Of a stretch of DNA of 64,000 nucleotides, positions 50,425-59,348 are shown piece by piece. The DNA is from Verrucomicrobiales bacterium. Lineage in GTDB: Bacteria; Verrucomicrobiota; Verrucomicrobiia; Limisphaerales; JAYPXF01. The position numbers and the translations under genes were made by a program. The stretch covers positions 65,749 through 129,748 of the forward strand of contig PBAL01000099.1 in NCBI GenBank assembly GCA_002715965.1. The letters are read 5' to 3'. Every line of letters begins with the position of its first letter. The stretch's first letter is position 1. The notes below the pieces were generated by a model. The model was not told the DNA's origin and made no database searches. It worked only from the letters and a program-made list of their open reading frames with translations.

Positions 50425-50919
50425 ATGAAACGAGCGGTTTACGCAGGCAGTTTCGATCCTCTCACCAACGGTCACGTCTGGATGATCGAGGAGGGGGCGA
50501 AGTTGTTCGACGAGTTGATCGTCGCGATCGGCATCAATCCGGACAAGCAATATACCTTCAACCTGGACGACCGGCTGACCTTCCTGCAGGACGCTGTCGG
50601 CGGGCGTCCGCATGTGAAGATCGACAGCTTTGAGAATCAATTTCTGGTTCATTACGCAGCGCAACTGGACGCCGGCTTCATCCTGCGCGGAATCCGCACA
50701 GAGACGGACTACGATTACGAACGCGGCATGCGGCACATCAACAGCGACCTGCGGCCCGAGGTGACTTCCGTGTTCCTCATCCCGCCCCGCGAAATTGCCG
50801 AAGTCAGTTCGAGTTTCGTGAAGGGCCTGATCGGGCCGGATGGCTGGGAGGAGATCGTCAAACAGTATGTTCCGGAGGGGGTTTATCGCGCGCTGGAAAA
50901 GCAGTTTGCCAATGATTGA
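50425..50919 (+). CDS. coaD: Phosphopantetheine adenylyltransferase
   Basis: [30 protein letters not shown]. Confidence 0.96.
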   Translation: MKRAVYAGSFDPLTNGHVWMIEEGAKLFDELIVAIGINPDKQYTFNLDDRLTFLQDAVGGRPHVKIDSFENQFLVHYAAQLDAGFILRGIRTETDYDYERGMRHINSDLRPEVTSVFLIPPREIAEVSSSFVKGLIGPDGWEEIVKQYVPEGVYRALEKQFAND

Positions 50920-51547
50920 CCTGCCATCTCGCTGGAAGGAAACCTGCACGGGTCTGCCTGATTCCCTGGTGAGTGAGGCGTTCGAACGACTGCGGGGGCT
51001 CTACGATCAACCACCCCGCGCCTATCACAATTTATCCCACATCGCTGCCTGCCTCGCGGAATTCGATCACGTTCGCGGCAAGGTGAACGATCCGACGCCA
51101 ATCGAACTGGCGATCTGGTATCACGACTGCGTTTACGATTTCCAAGCCAAAGGCAATGAGGAACGCAGCGCGGAGAAAGCGCGGAAGGAGTTGGAGCCAT
51201 TGGGTTTCGATTCGGCCACCATCGAGGAAGCCGTGAAACTGATCTTGAAGACGCGGCACGGCATCGATCTTCCCGAGACGCCCGACGAGAAGACCATGGT
51301 CGATATCGATCTTTCGATCCTCGGCAAATCGCCGGAGGTGTTCGACCGCTTCGAGCGGCAGATCCGGGAAGAGTATTCGTGGGTTCTCGACGCACAGTTT
51401 GCGGCTGGGCGCGCAGCCGTACTGAAGACGTTTCTGGATCGCGAGCGGGTTTACGAAACCGAGTTCTTTCACGACCGCTACGAAGCGCACGCCCGGGAGA
51501 ACCTCAAGCGCTCCATCGCAAGCCTGACTGCCAAGACCTCCGAATAG
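50912..51547 (+). CDS. HD-domain metal-dependent phosphohydrolase (COG4339-like)
   Basis: [37 protein letters not shown]. Start at ATG 50912, overlapping coaD. Confidence 0.9.
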   Translation: MIDLPSRWKETCTGLPDSLVSEAFERLRGLYDQPPRAYHNLSHIAACLAEFDHVRGKVNDPTPIELAIWYHDCVYDFQAKGNEERSAEKARKELEPLGFDSATIEEAVKLILKTRHGIDLPETPDEKTMVDIDLSILGKSPEVFDRFERQIREEYSWVLDAQFAAGRAAVLKTFLDRERVYETEFFHDRYEAHARENLKRSIASLTAKTSE

Positions 51548-51560
51548 CCGGGAGATTTAC

Positions 51561-52343
51561 GTGGCCGACATTTCGCAGCACAACGTCGAGATTGCCGAGA
51601 ATCTGGAGTCATGGAATCGGAAGCCCCTGTTGCGCCGCATCTACGAGGATTTCTACGAACGCATCGCCGCGCAGATCGATCCGCAAATCGAAGGCCACAT
51701 TCTCGAACTGGGATCCGGCGTGGGAAATCTCAAGACCGCCTTTCCCGACGCTATCGCGTCTGATCTTTTTCCAAATCCCTGGCTCGATCTGATCTGCGAT
51801 GGCTACGAGCTCCCCTTCGACGACGGCGCCTTGTCGCATCTGATTCTCTTTGACGTGTTCCATCACCTGGAGGCTCCGGCAGCCTTCCTGCGGGAAGCGA
51901 AACGTGCGCTCGCACCGGGTGGCAGAGTGATTGTGTTTGATCCATACGTCAGCCTCTCGACGCATTGGATCTACGGTTGGCTGCATCACGAACCCTCGGG
52001 CTGGCGGGAGAACATCAACTCCGCAACAGACTTCCCGCCTCCGCGGGACTACTACGCCGCCCAGGGAAACGCGACGCGGATCTTTTTCTTCGGCGAGGCT
52101 CTGCAGGACGAACTGGGAGATTGGAACATGCTACGTGCCGAACGGTTTGCCGCGTTCAGTTACATATTCTCCGGCGGCTTCAGCAGACCGGCCTGTTATC
52201 CGCCGTCGATGTATCCGTTGTTCAAGGCAATGGACGGTCTGCTCTCGAAATGTCCAACTCTGTTCGGGGGAAGATGCCTGGTGACCTTGGAGAAGGTGTC
52301 CAACTGTCAGGATTCTCAATCGTTGTCCAAGTCCTTGTCTTAA
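51561..52343 (+). CDS. Class I SAM-dependent methyltransferase
   Basis: LELGSGVG, LPFDDG, DVFHHL, LAPGGRV. Confidence 0.9.
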   Translation: MADISQHNVEIAENLESWNRKPLLRRIYEDFYERIAAQIDPQIEGHILELGSGVGNLKTAFPDAIASDLFPNPWLDLICDGYELPFDDGALSHLILFDVFHHLEAPAAFLREAKRALAPGGRVIVFDPYVSLSTHWIYGWLHHEPSGWRENINSATDFPPPRDYYAAQGNATRIFFFGEALQDELGDWNMLRAERFAAFSYIFSGGFSRPACYPPSMYPLFKAMDGLLSKCPTLFGGRCLVTLEKVSNCQDSQSLSKSLS

Positions 52344-52489
52344 TCTCACCAAAATCTTCACACTGCTAACGCACGTCACGAGCATCCGTCTGAGATTGAG
52401 ACAACGATTGAGATATCAGGCGCACTACGGGCTGGGCATCCTCCCGTCGATTCTGTTCAATCGCGCCCCGAGTCCTTGGAGGACGACGC

Positions 52490-53382
52490 ATGATCAAAGT
52501 TCCGGTCTTCATGTGGGAGAACCACGACGGCTAGATCACCGCTGCGGTGGTGACGGAGCCGAAACACGCGGCTGTTTCAAGCAGCGCCCAAGAGGCGTTG
52601 AAGCAGTTGAAGGAACTCCTTGCGCACATGTGGGACGAATCTCCCTGGCTGATTGAAACGGAGTTCAAGAATTCGGAGACAACCCGTTTCGAGGTCAGCG
52701 TTCGCCCGGAGTACAACGAGGAAGGCAGGTCCTATCCCGTGAACCAGCTGATCAAACTGAAGATTCCGTGTGTGTGTGGAAAGGACTCCGCGGGCATGCT
52801 GCTCGCTTCGTTGCCCACTCTGGACCTTCGCTTCAGTTACAACGACGAAGCCGATCTCAAGTCGCTGGCGGTTCACTACGTGCAGCAAACTCTGCGCTCG
52901 CATACACCGGCCGAGGTCGCGCTTCATCTCCCGCCGAGCAAGTTCTGGCTGGAGGAACTCTCGATGAGCCAGCCGAGCAAGTATTACACGCGCAACGATC
53001 GCTTCCAGCCCTATCAGGCCTTTCCGGGTCAGGCGATTCCGTTCGTTCGCAATCTCGTCGATGGCGCGCTTCGCAAGGAAACCCGGTGCGTGACCGCCGA
53101 CCAGGTGCTCGAACACTTCGGCCGGTTCAGCGGACTGCCTGAGATCTTCCTCCGCGACGAACTTCCGCTCTCTTACGGTGACGTCTGCAAACATCTGCGC
53201 TCCAAAATCATCGGCCAGGATCGCGCCTGCGATACGACCGACGTTTCGGGGCCCGACCGCTCCAACGCGCCATCGAAAAACACATCACCACGAAGTTCTC
53301 CAGAATGATCCTTGAGCTGGGCGGTGAGAAACTCGAACTCACCGCGGACTTGGGCGAGAACAACGAGTTGTCGATTCAGTGA
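52490..53382 (+). pseudogene. ClpA/ClpB-like AAA+ ATPase skeleton with both ATPase modules deleted
   Basis: GGAGG + ATG 52490, in-frame TAG at 52532, RFQPYQAFPGQAI, FSGLPEIFL..KIIGQDRAC, frameshift ~53230 into YDRRFGARPLQRAIE..stop 53382. No Walker motifs. Confidence 0.85.
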
Positions 53383-53394
53383 GTGGGTCCCGAT

Positions 53395-54285
53395 CTATCG
53401 TGAAAGATGGAGCAGTGATTGAGCAGCTCGATAGCGGGCGTCGGCGTGCGGGTCGTCGAGCATGGCCTTCAGTTTTTCGGCGACCGAAACAGCCCGGGCA
53501 TCGCCGGCAAAGGTTGCTGCGTAGGTTCGGATGGCCGGATTCGTGGAACTGAGGTTTTGTTTGAGGGCGGCCAGTCCACCGGGATCACCGAGTGAGGCGA
53601 GAGAATGATCGATGAAGCAGTTTCGAACTTCGTCTTGCGAGTAACCGCGCCGGGATTGTAGCAGCGGAACGTCCTGCCGATTCCCGATCCGCCCGAGTAC
53701 CCATGCGGCAATGTAGACCGCCGTTTCGTTTTCAGATGCCATGCTCTCGCGAAGATAGGCCATGGCCGCGTCATCGCCCTGGCGTCCAAGTGCGGCCGCG
53801 GCCATGAGTTTGAGTTTGAAGTTCTCGCCGGCATTGTCGAAACGCCTCTTCATCAATACGCCGTCGCCGATTTGGTTGGCCTTGTAAAGACTCTCGGCTG
53901 CGTGGATGTGTCCGTAGGGATTATCCCGGGCCAGAATGCCAAGCATCACGCGGGCTTTGGAAATATCGCCGGCCCGTACCAGTTCGCGAGAGATGCCACA
54001 GAGTTTCTGGTCGTCTGTTTCGGTCGCGAGTTTTGGTTCGAGGTGGGCAATGACTTCATCTCCATGACCGCCAAGCGCCAGACCCTCGGCCGCGTGAATG
54101 GCCGGCCAGAACTCTTCGCTCCGCAAGCCTTCCCGCAAGACAGCGAGACAACGATTACGCGTCAATCGATCGAGCTCGAGGCTGGTTGGTTTCCGGGGGG
54201 CGGCTGTTTCGGGCGTGGTGGTGCATGCGCCGAAGGCCAGGGCGAGGCAAAGAGATGTGCCGAGGAGAATGGATCGGGTAGTCAC
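53395..54285 (-). CDS. HEAT-repeat lipoprotein
   Basis: Lipobox FGAC and HEAT-like units (AAAALGRQG, AAWVLGRIG, RYRAAQSL). GTG start at 54285. Confidence 0.85.
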   Translation of the reverse strand: MTTRSILLGTSLCLALAFGACTTTPETAAPRKPTSLELDRLTRNRCLAVLREGLRSEEFWPAIHAAEGLALGGHGDEVIAHLEPKLATETDDQKLCGISRELVRAGDISKARVMLGILARDNPYGHIHAAESLYKANQIGDGVLMKRRFDNAGENFKLKLMAAAALGRQGDDAAMAYLRESMASENETAVYIAAWVLGRIGNRQDVPLLQSRRGYSQDEVRNCFIDHSLASLGDPGGLAALKQNLSSTNPAIRTYAATFAGDARAVSVAEKLKAMLDDPHADARYRAAQSLLHLSR

Positions 54286-54342
54286 TGTGGGTTCTGTTGT
54301 CCAACAAGTTGTCGGCGACGGCAAGTCATTCGAGTGTTGAAG

Positions 54343-54810
54343 ATGAAACGCGTCACTGGATTCGAAAACGAATCACGTGTTGCTTGGGCCAGCGAAGATG
54401 AGAGCTGGCAGCGCTCCAAGCCTTTCCATGACGCGCTCCGTAGCATACACATGAGCGGCCTGTCTCCGAGCGACCAATCCAAGCCGATTTGGTCGGAAAT
54501 ATACTTCTTCAACTCAGGAAAGAATCTCCTGGTCAGCCTGGTCACTCACTCCGCATCAACACTGCTTGCCCTTGGGCGGGTGAATGATCTTCCCTTCGAT
54601 CCGTTCCGTCTGCTGCTGGCAGGCGCGCAGGTGTTGCCGATCGGCATGGTGCTGGGAGTGGTCTTTGCGGCCGGCGGTTATTTCTATGCGGACTCATGCT
54701 TCACGAGCACCTACTCGGCGTGGGGACAGTTGATGAAGATTGAGATTCGCGACTTCTTCCGGACCCTGGAGCTTTTTCTTGCCGATGCCCTCTCCGGGCG
54801 TGTCAGTTGA
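54343..54810 (+). other. Probable degenerate mosaic region / doubtful ORF
   Basis: Open frame with one hydrophobic stretch. Protein-like fragments also occur on the minus strand. No family recognised. Confidence 0.25.
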
Positions 54811-54820
54811 TGCCGGGTGA

Positions 54821-55168
54821 TCAGCCCTCTCGCACGTCAACGGTGGCGCGACGGAACAATTCGACTTCATCCGGGAGGGACCCGACGAGGGACTCGACGG
54901 CCTTTTCATCTGTGTTGTCGGCGGTTTCTTCCAATTCGATGGCGAGCTTGCGGATGCGGATGGCGCTGACGTCGCCCGCGAGGCCTTTGAGTTTGTGGCC
55001 AAAGGCGGCGAGTTTCTCGTAGTCCTTGTCCGCGCAGAGCTGGTCCGCAATCTCCAACTGGCCGGGGATGGCTTCGAAGAAGATGTCGATGACCTGGCGC
55101 AGCAGGCCGAGGTTGCCATCGGTGGTCTTTGACCCCGTCAACCAGATTCCAGCGCGTCGTTTCTCCAT
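54821..55168 (-). CDS. Hpt (histidine phosphotransfer) domain, standalone or tail of a lost hybrid kinase
   Basis: GNLGLLRQVIDIF..LAAFGHKLKGLAGDVSA..LAIELE. Confidence 0.75.
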   Translation of the reverse strand: MEKRRAGIWLTGSKTTDGNLGLLRQVIDIFFEAIPGQLEIADQLCADKDYEKLAAFGHKLKGLAGDVSAIRIRKLAIELEETADNTDEKAVESLVGSLPDEVELFRRATVDVREG

Positions 55169-55536
55169 CCGAATTCCCTCACTTTTGGCTGCCGCCCTTC
55201 TGTTGATGCCTGTTGAACGGAGCGGAACGGGATATCCAGTTGGCTGGCAATTTCAGACCCGGCAGCGGTAGGCCGGGTGGGATTTCCTCGTGTGAAATCG
55301 AAATCATTCAAAACACCGCCACGCCAGGTGAGGTAACTGTGATGCTTGAGTTGATGAGCGGACTTGGTCTCACCGACCAGCACCCCGTTCTCAACGCGCC
55401 ACAAACCCGGCGCGCCATCCCAGTTTTTCAGATCCTTGCCGTTGAAGAGACTTGTCCAGACGATCTCCCTTGGCTCGGACGCAAGTCCGCAGAGACAAAA
55501 CGAAACAACCAAGGCTGCGGTAAACGTCGTCCGCAT
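55138..55536 (-). pseudogene. N-terminal fragment of a DUF1080 (3-keto-disaccharide hydrolase) protein
   Basis: Signal peptide, SLFNGKDLKNWDG..WRVENGVLVG..YLTW..LNDF. Similarity is lost after ~55295. Confidence 0.8.
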
Positions 55537-55541
55537 GAGTC

Positions 55542-56324
55542 TCACCAAAGTGTGTAGCCGCCATCGATCACCAACGACGCGCCCGTCATATAACGCGATG
55601 CATCGGACGCCAGATAAACCGTCAGTGGACCGAGGTCCTCCGGTTCACCGAAAGCGCCCGCCGGAATCTGTGCTTCGAATTCACGTATCACCTCCGGGTT
55701 TTCCCTCGCCCAACGCTGATTCGGCTCGGTCATGAATCCGCCGGGACAGATGGCGTTGACCGTGATGCCATGAGGCGCCCAATCCGCAGCCGTCGCCCGG
55801 GTGAACTGAATGACCGCGGCCTTGGAAGTCTCATAGCTGCGCCCGCCGATTCCACGATTTGCGATCATGCCGGACACAGAGGCGATGTTGATGATCCGTC
55901 CACCCTTGCCCCGCTCAATCATCGCGCCACCGATGATCTTCGTGCATAGGAAGGTGCTGGTGAGATTGAGATCGAGGATGCGGCGCCATTCGTCCAAAGG
56001 CAGGTCTTCAGTCGGGATGTTGATCTGCCTGCCACCGATGTTGTTGATCAGAATGTCAATCGGCCCGTGCTTGGAGAGCAGCTCGGGACAAATTCGCTCC
56101 ACGAATTCGGGGTCTGCAAAATCACCTTGAACCGGAACGGCTTCCCGGCCGAGTGCGCGAATATCGTTGGCTGTCTGATTCAGGCTGTCGAGATTGCGGC
56201 CCGCCAGAATGACATCTGCCCCCGCGTCCGCGATCGCCAGTGCCATCTCTCGGCCCAAACCCCGACTCCCGCCTGTGATCAGGAGTTGGCGGTGGTCCAA
56301 TCGAAAACGATCAAGAATAGACAT
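55542..56324 (-). CDS. SDR family oxidoreductase (gluconate 5-dehydrogenase-like)
   Basis: ITGGSRGLG, DILINN, NIASVSG, YETSK, VNAICPG, YMTGASLVIDGG. Confidence 0.95.
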   Translation of the reverse strand: MSILDRFRLDHRQLLITGGSRGLGREMALAIADAGADVILAGRNLDSLNQTANDIRALGREAVPVQGDFADPEFVERICPELLSKHGPIDILINNIGGRQINIPTEDLPLDEWRRILDLNLTSTFLCTKIIGGAMIERGKGGRIINIASVSGMIANRGIGGRSYETSKAAVIQFTRATAADWAPHGITVNAICPGGFMTEPNQRWARENPEVIREFEAQIPAGAFGEPEDLGPLTVYLASDASRYMTGASLVIDGGYTLW

Positions 56325-56487
56325 CTTGGTTCGAGCGTGAATCGTAATCGTCCAGAATGCAATTCACTCCCCCCTCATGCCATGCTTGACCCCGTAGTTT
56401 CACATGAATTGGCCGAAGCGGTGAATGAATGAGGGTTTGGTGGCTTCAGTAAAGGGCGAAAGTGATTTTTGCCGATTACTTCACAAC

Positions 56488-56613
56488 TCCACCGCCCGCC
56501 ACGCCGAAGGCACCGCCATCGGTTTCAACAAGCGTAAGAAAGGCCAACGCAGCTACTATCCGCCGTGCTGCATGATCGCCCAGACCGGCCAAGCGCTCGA
56601 CCTGCATCATCAC
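56488..56613 (+). mobile_element. IS1380-family transposase fragment
   Basis: [34 protein letters not shown] matches the remembered IS1380 EG...G.N.KKKG..SY.P segment. Confidence 0.75.
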
Positions 56614-56656
56614 AACCGCTCGTCCACAGCTTTCGGACATATCTCGACGAATTAAA

Positions 56657-56866
56657 ATGAAGAATCCTAACACGGAGCGATTTGCGAAAGAGATCTTGGG
56701 GAACACCAGTTCCGAAAATCGCCATCGACTCTCGGTTTACTTCTCGCTGATGCTGAAGTTTCAGAACCTGTTTTTAGTGCCGGGGTTCGCCTTGGCCGGA
56801 TCAGTTTTTTTTGGTTCTGTTGCGTTCATTGGATTCAAGTTCCTTACTCAGGGTCATTGGCAATGA
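56657..56866 (+). CDS. Small hypothetical membrane protein
   Basis: ATG start, C-terminal hydrophobic segment, AT-richer than the flanks. Confidence 0.35.
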   Translation: MKNPNTERFAKEILGNTSSENRHRLSVYFSLMLKFQNLFLVPGFALAGSVFFGSVAFIGFKFLTQGHWQ

Positions 56867-56956
56867 TGACCGAGGAATCTGTGATTGGATCCATTCGGAT
56901 CGAGGCTGCCGAATAAACCTTGTCTCCTCCAAGGGCGCACTGATTATCAATGAATC

Positions 56957-58267
56957 ATGAGACACATTGTTGCTGCCCTGATCCCCGTTTTGATGCCCTG
57001 TTTGGCATACGGCGCATCAGAGGGCCGTCCGCCCGGTCGTTGGGAAAAGTGGTCGGCGCGTGAAGGTCTCGAACCCAAGAGATCATATTCCAGGAAGCGC
57101 AATACCTGGACCATGTCCGGGAACGGCAGACCCATGCGGCATGGCGGGTGGGATCTTCATTGGGACGATGCCAAGCCGGGACGGTGGTATCGGTTCGAGG
57201 TTCATTGTGAAGCGACCGGGATAGACTCCATTCAAGAGAGCGCGCATGCAGAACTCATCTTCTGGAAGACCAAGGACGAACGCGCGAATTGGTTTCACGT
57301 CTCGTTTGAGAAAACTGCCGCCGGGAGATATCGCTTTAGTTCACAGGCACAGATGCCGAAGGATGCGATTCGCGCCACCGCAAGATTGATGCTCCGCTGG
57401 ACCGGGAAAGGATCGCTGAAGTGGAGCGATCCGACCTTGAAGGAAATCGCGCCGCCGTCCGAACGAAAGATCAAGGTGGCGATTATCACCGGTCGGCCAC
57501 CCGGGACCAGCGTGGAGGCGAACATGAAGTTCATGGAGCAACTCATCCGCGAAGCCGCTAAGGAAAAGGCTGAAATCATCTGCCTGCCGGAAGTCATCAC
57601 CACTTGGAAGATCAAGGAAGCCGCTCAGTCGGTTGCAAGTCCGATTCCCGGCAAGGAAACCAAGGTCCTTTCACGTTTGGCCAGGGAACTGAAGGTCGAC
57701 ATCAACCTTTCGATGCACGAGTTGGACAGCGACGGGTTGGTCTACAACACCGCGGTCTACATCGATCGGGACCGGGGCATTATCGGCAAGTATCGCAAGG
57801 TACATCTGGCTGTCGGAGAACGATGGAAGGGCATCACGCCCGGTGATGATTTTCCGGTTTGGGAAACGCGCTTTGGCAAGGCCGGCATGCTGATCTGCTA
57901 CGACAACGTACATCCGGAAGGACACCGCATCCTCTCACAGAAAGGCGCCGAGGTGATTTTCCTGCCCATCATGGGCGATCCGCGCGCCGTCGGAAACCGC
58001 GCCTACCAAAAATGGCTGGAGATCATGTCCGTTCGCGCAATGGACAATCATGTCTGGATGGTCGTCTGTCAGAACAATGGCGATCGCGGAGTCATCGTTC
58101 GGCCGGATGGGGAAGTGATTGCCGAGGTTGACCCCGGCAACGGATTCGCGATGGCGGAAATCGATCTGAACTTTCGATACGACAGCTGGATCGGCTCCGA
58201 TTTTCTGAACCGAAACTGGGGCGAGCGCCGGCCTGCTGTCTACCGGCGGATTGTTGAAGACAAGTGA
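56957..58267 (+). CDS. Exported carbon-nitrogen hydrolase (nitrilase superfamily) with N-terminal CBM-like domain
   Basis: Triad CLPE, YRKVHL, LICYD. The N-terminus is a Trp-rich beta-sandwich. Confidence 0.92.
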   Translation: MRHIVAALIPVLMPCLAYGASEGRPPGRWEKWSAREGLEPKRSYSRKRNTWTMSGNGRPMRHGGWDLHWDDAKPGRWYRFEVHCEATGIDSIQESAHAELIFWKTKDERANWFHVSFEKTAAGRYRFSSQAQMPKDAIRATARLMLRWTGKGSLKWSDPTLKEIAPPSERKIKVAIITGRPPGTSVEANMKFMEQLIREAAKEKAEIICLPEVITTWKIKEAAQSVASPIPGKETKVLSRLARELKVDINLSMHELDSDGLVYNTAVYIDRDRGIIGKYRKVHLAVGERWKGITPGDDFPVWETRFGKAGMLICYDNVHPEGHRILSQKGAEVIFLPIMGDPRAVGNRAYQKWLEIMSVRAMDNHVWMVVCQNNGDRGVIVRPDGEVIAEVDPGNGFAMAEIDLNFRYDSWIGSDFLNRNWGERRPAVYRRIVEDK

Positions 58268-58275
58268 TTGCCTCT

Positions 58276-58321
58276 GCTGGATGACTTCACCCCTCGCGAC
58301 CTCTCTGCGCTCGTGGCTCGC
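58276..58321. repeat. Dispersed repeat family C, second copy
   Basis: gctggatgacttcacccctcgcgacctctctgcgctcgtggctcgc is similar to 4602-4644. Confidence 0.6.
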
Positions 58322-58381
58322 CCGCTCGAAAGTGGCCTATTGCAATTCTGAACGGCTTGCGGATGATCGCCGTTGTTCGAC

Positions 58382-59185
58382 ATGAAAACATTTGCATTCC
58401 TCTATGCCTTTTTTGTCATCGCGTCACCTGATGTGAAATCCCAAACGGCCGGACAATCGAGCCAGCCACTGCCGACAATCCGCTGTGAGGGCGATTATCG
58501 GCATCATCTCCAAGGCGTCTGCTTTGATTCCAAGGGCGATATCTACTGGAGTTTCACCACGGCGCTCGTAAAGACGGATTCCACCGGAAAGAAAATCAAG
58601 CAGGTCGAGGTCGTCTATCATCATGGAGACCTCTGTTATGTTGGCGATCGAATCTACATTGCCGTCAACCTCGGACCGTTCAATCACCCGGATGGCAAGG
58701 CAGATTCGTGGGTCTACGTTTATGATCGGGATCTGAAGTTCCTCTCAAAACATCGCACTCCCGAGGTGATCTATGGCGCCGGCGGGATGGATTCAGACCG
58801 CGGCAGGTTCTTCGTCATTGGTGGACTGCCTGAAAGCCACCAACAAAACTACGTCTACGAATACGACCGGGAATTCAAGTTCATCAAGCGGCACGAGATT
58901 TCCAGCGGACAAACCCGATTGGGAATTCAGGCTGCGGCGCTCATCGACAACCAGTGGTGGTTCGGGTGCTATGGCAGCCCTCGCGAGACGCTGAGGACGG
59001 ATGCGAATTTCAAGATGTTGGACCGGTATGAATTCGATTGTGCATATGGGATCGCGGCCGACCCGGCCGGGAGAATATACACTGCGACCGGTCCGCCTTC
59101 GGACACTTCGGACAAGCGCTGGCTTGGTGCGCTCCACCTCACCAAGAAAGATTCGAAGCTACGATTGAAACGAAAAACGAAGTGA
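58382..59185 (+). CDS. Exported beta-propeller-like hypothetical protein
   Basis: Signal peptide, HHLQGV..IYWSFTT, HHGDLCY, YGAGGM, WWFGCYG. Confidence 0.8.
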   Translation: MKTFAFLYAFFVIASPDVKSQTAGQSSQPLPTIRCEGDYRHHLQGVCFDSKGDIYWSFTTALVKTDSTGKKIKQVEVVYHHGDLCYVGDRIYIAVNLGPFNHPDGKADSWVYVYDRDLKFLSKHRTPEVIYGAGGMDSDRGRFFVIGGLPESHQQNYVYEYDREFKFIKRHEISSGQTRLGIQAAALIDNQWWFGCYGSPRETLRTDANFKMLDRYEFDCAYGIAADPAGRIYTATGPPSDTSDKRWLGALHLTKKDSKLRLKRKTK

Positions 59186-59348
59186 GTGCGATCGGGTCGG
59201 GAAGCTTCTGCTGAGCCCCTGATCATTCGGTGAGCACCCCCAAAAAACGGCCGGCACGCCACGCTGTTCCAACGTCCGGAACTGCCCACGAAAAGCCATT
59301 CCGGCTCAGCGAGAGTTGTCCTGCAAATATCGGTGTCCGCGTGCGTTT

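Noticed and set aside
52532..52534. Amber read-through (pyrrolysine or recoding) in the Clp-like gene
   Set aside because: The gene carries other disabling deletions, and TAG is used as a normal stop elsewhere in the window.
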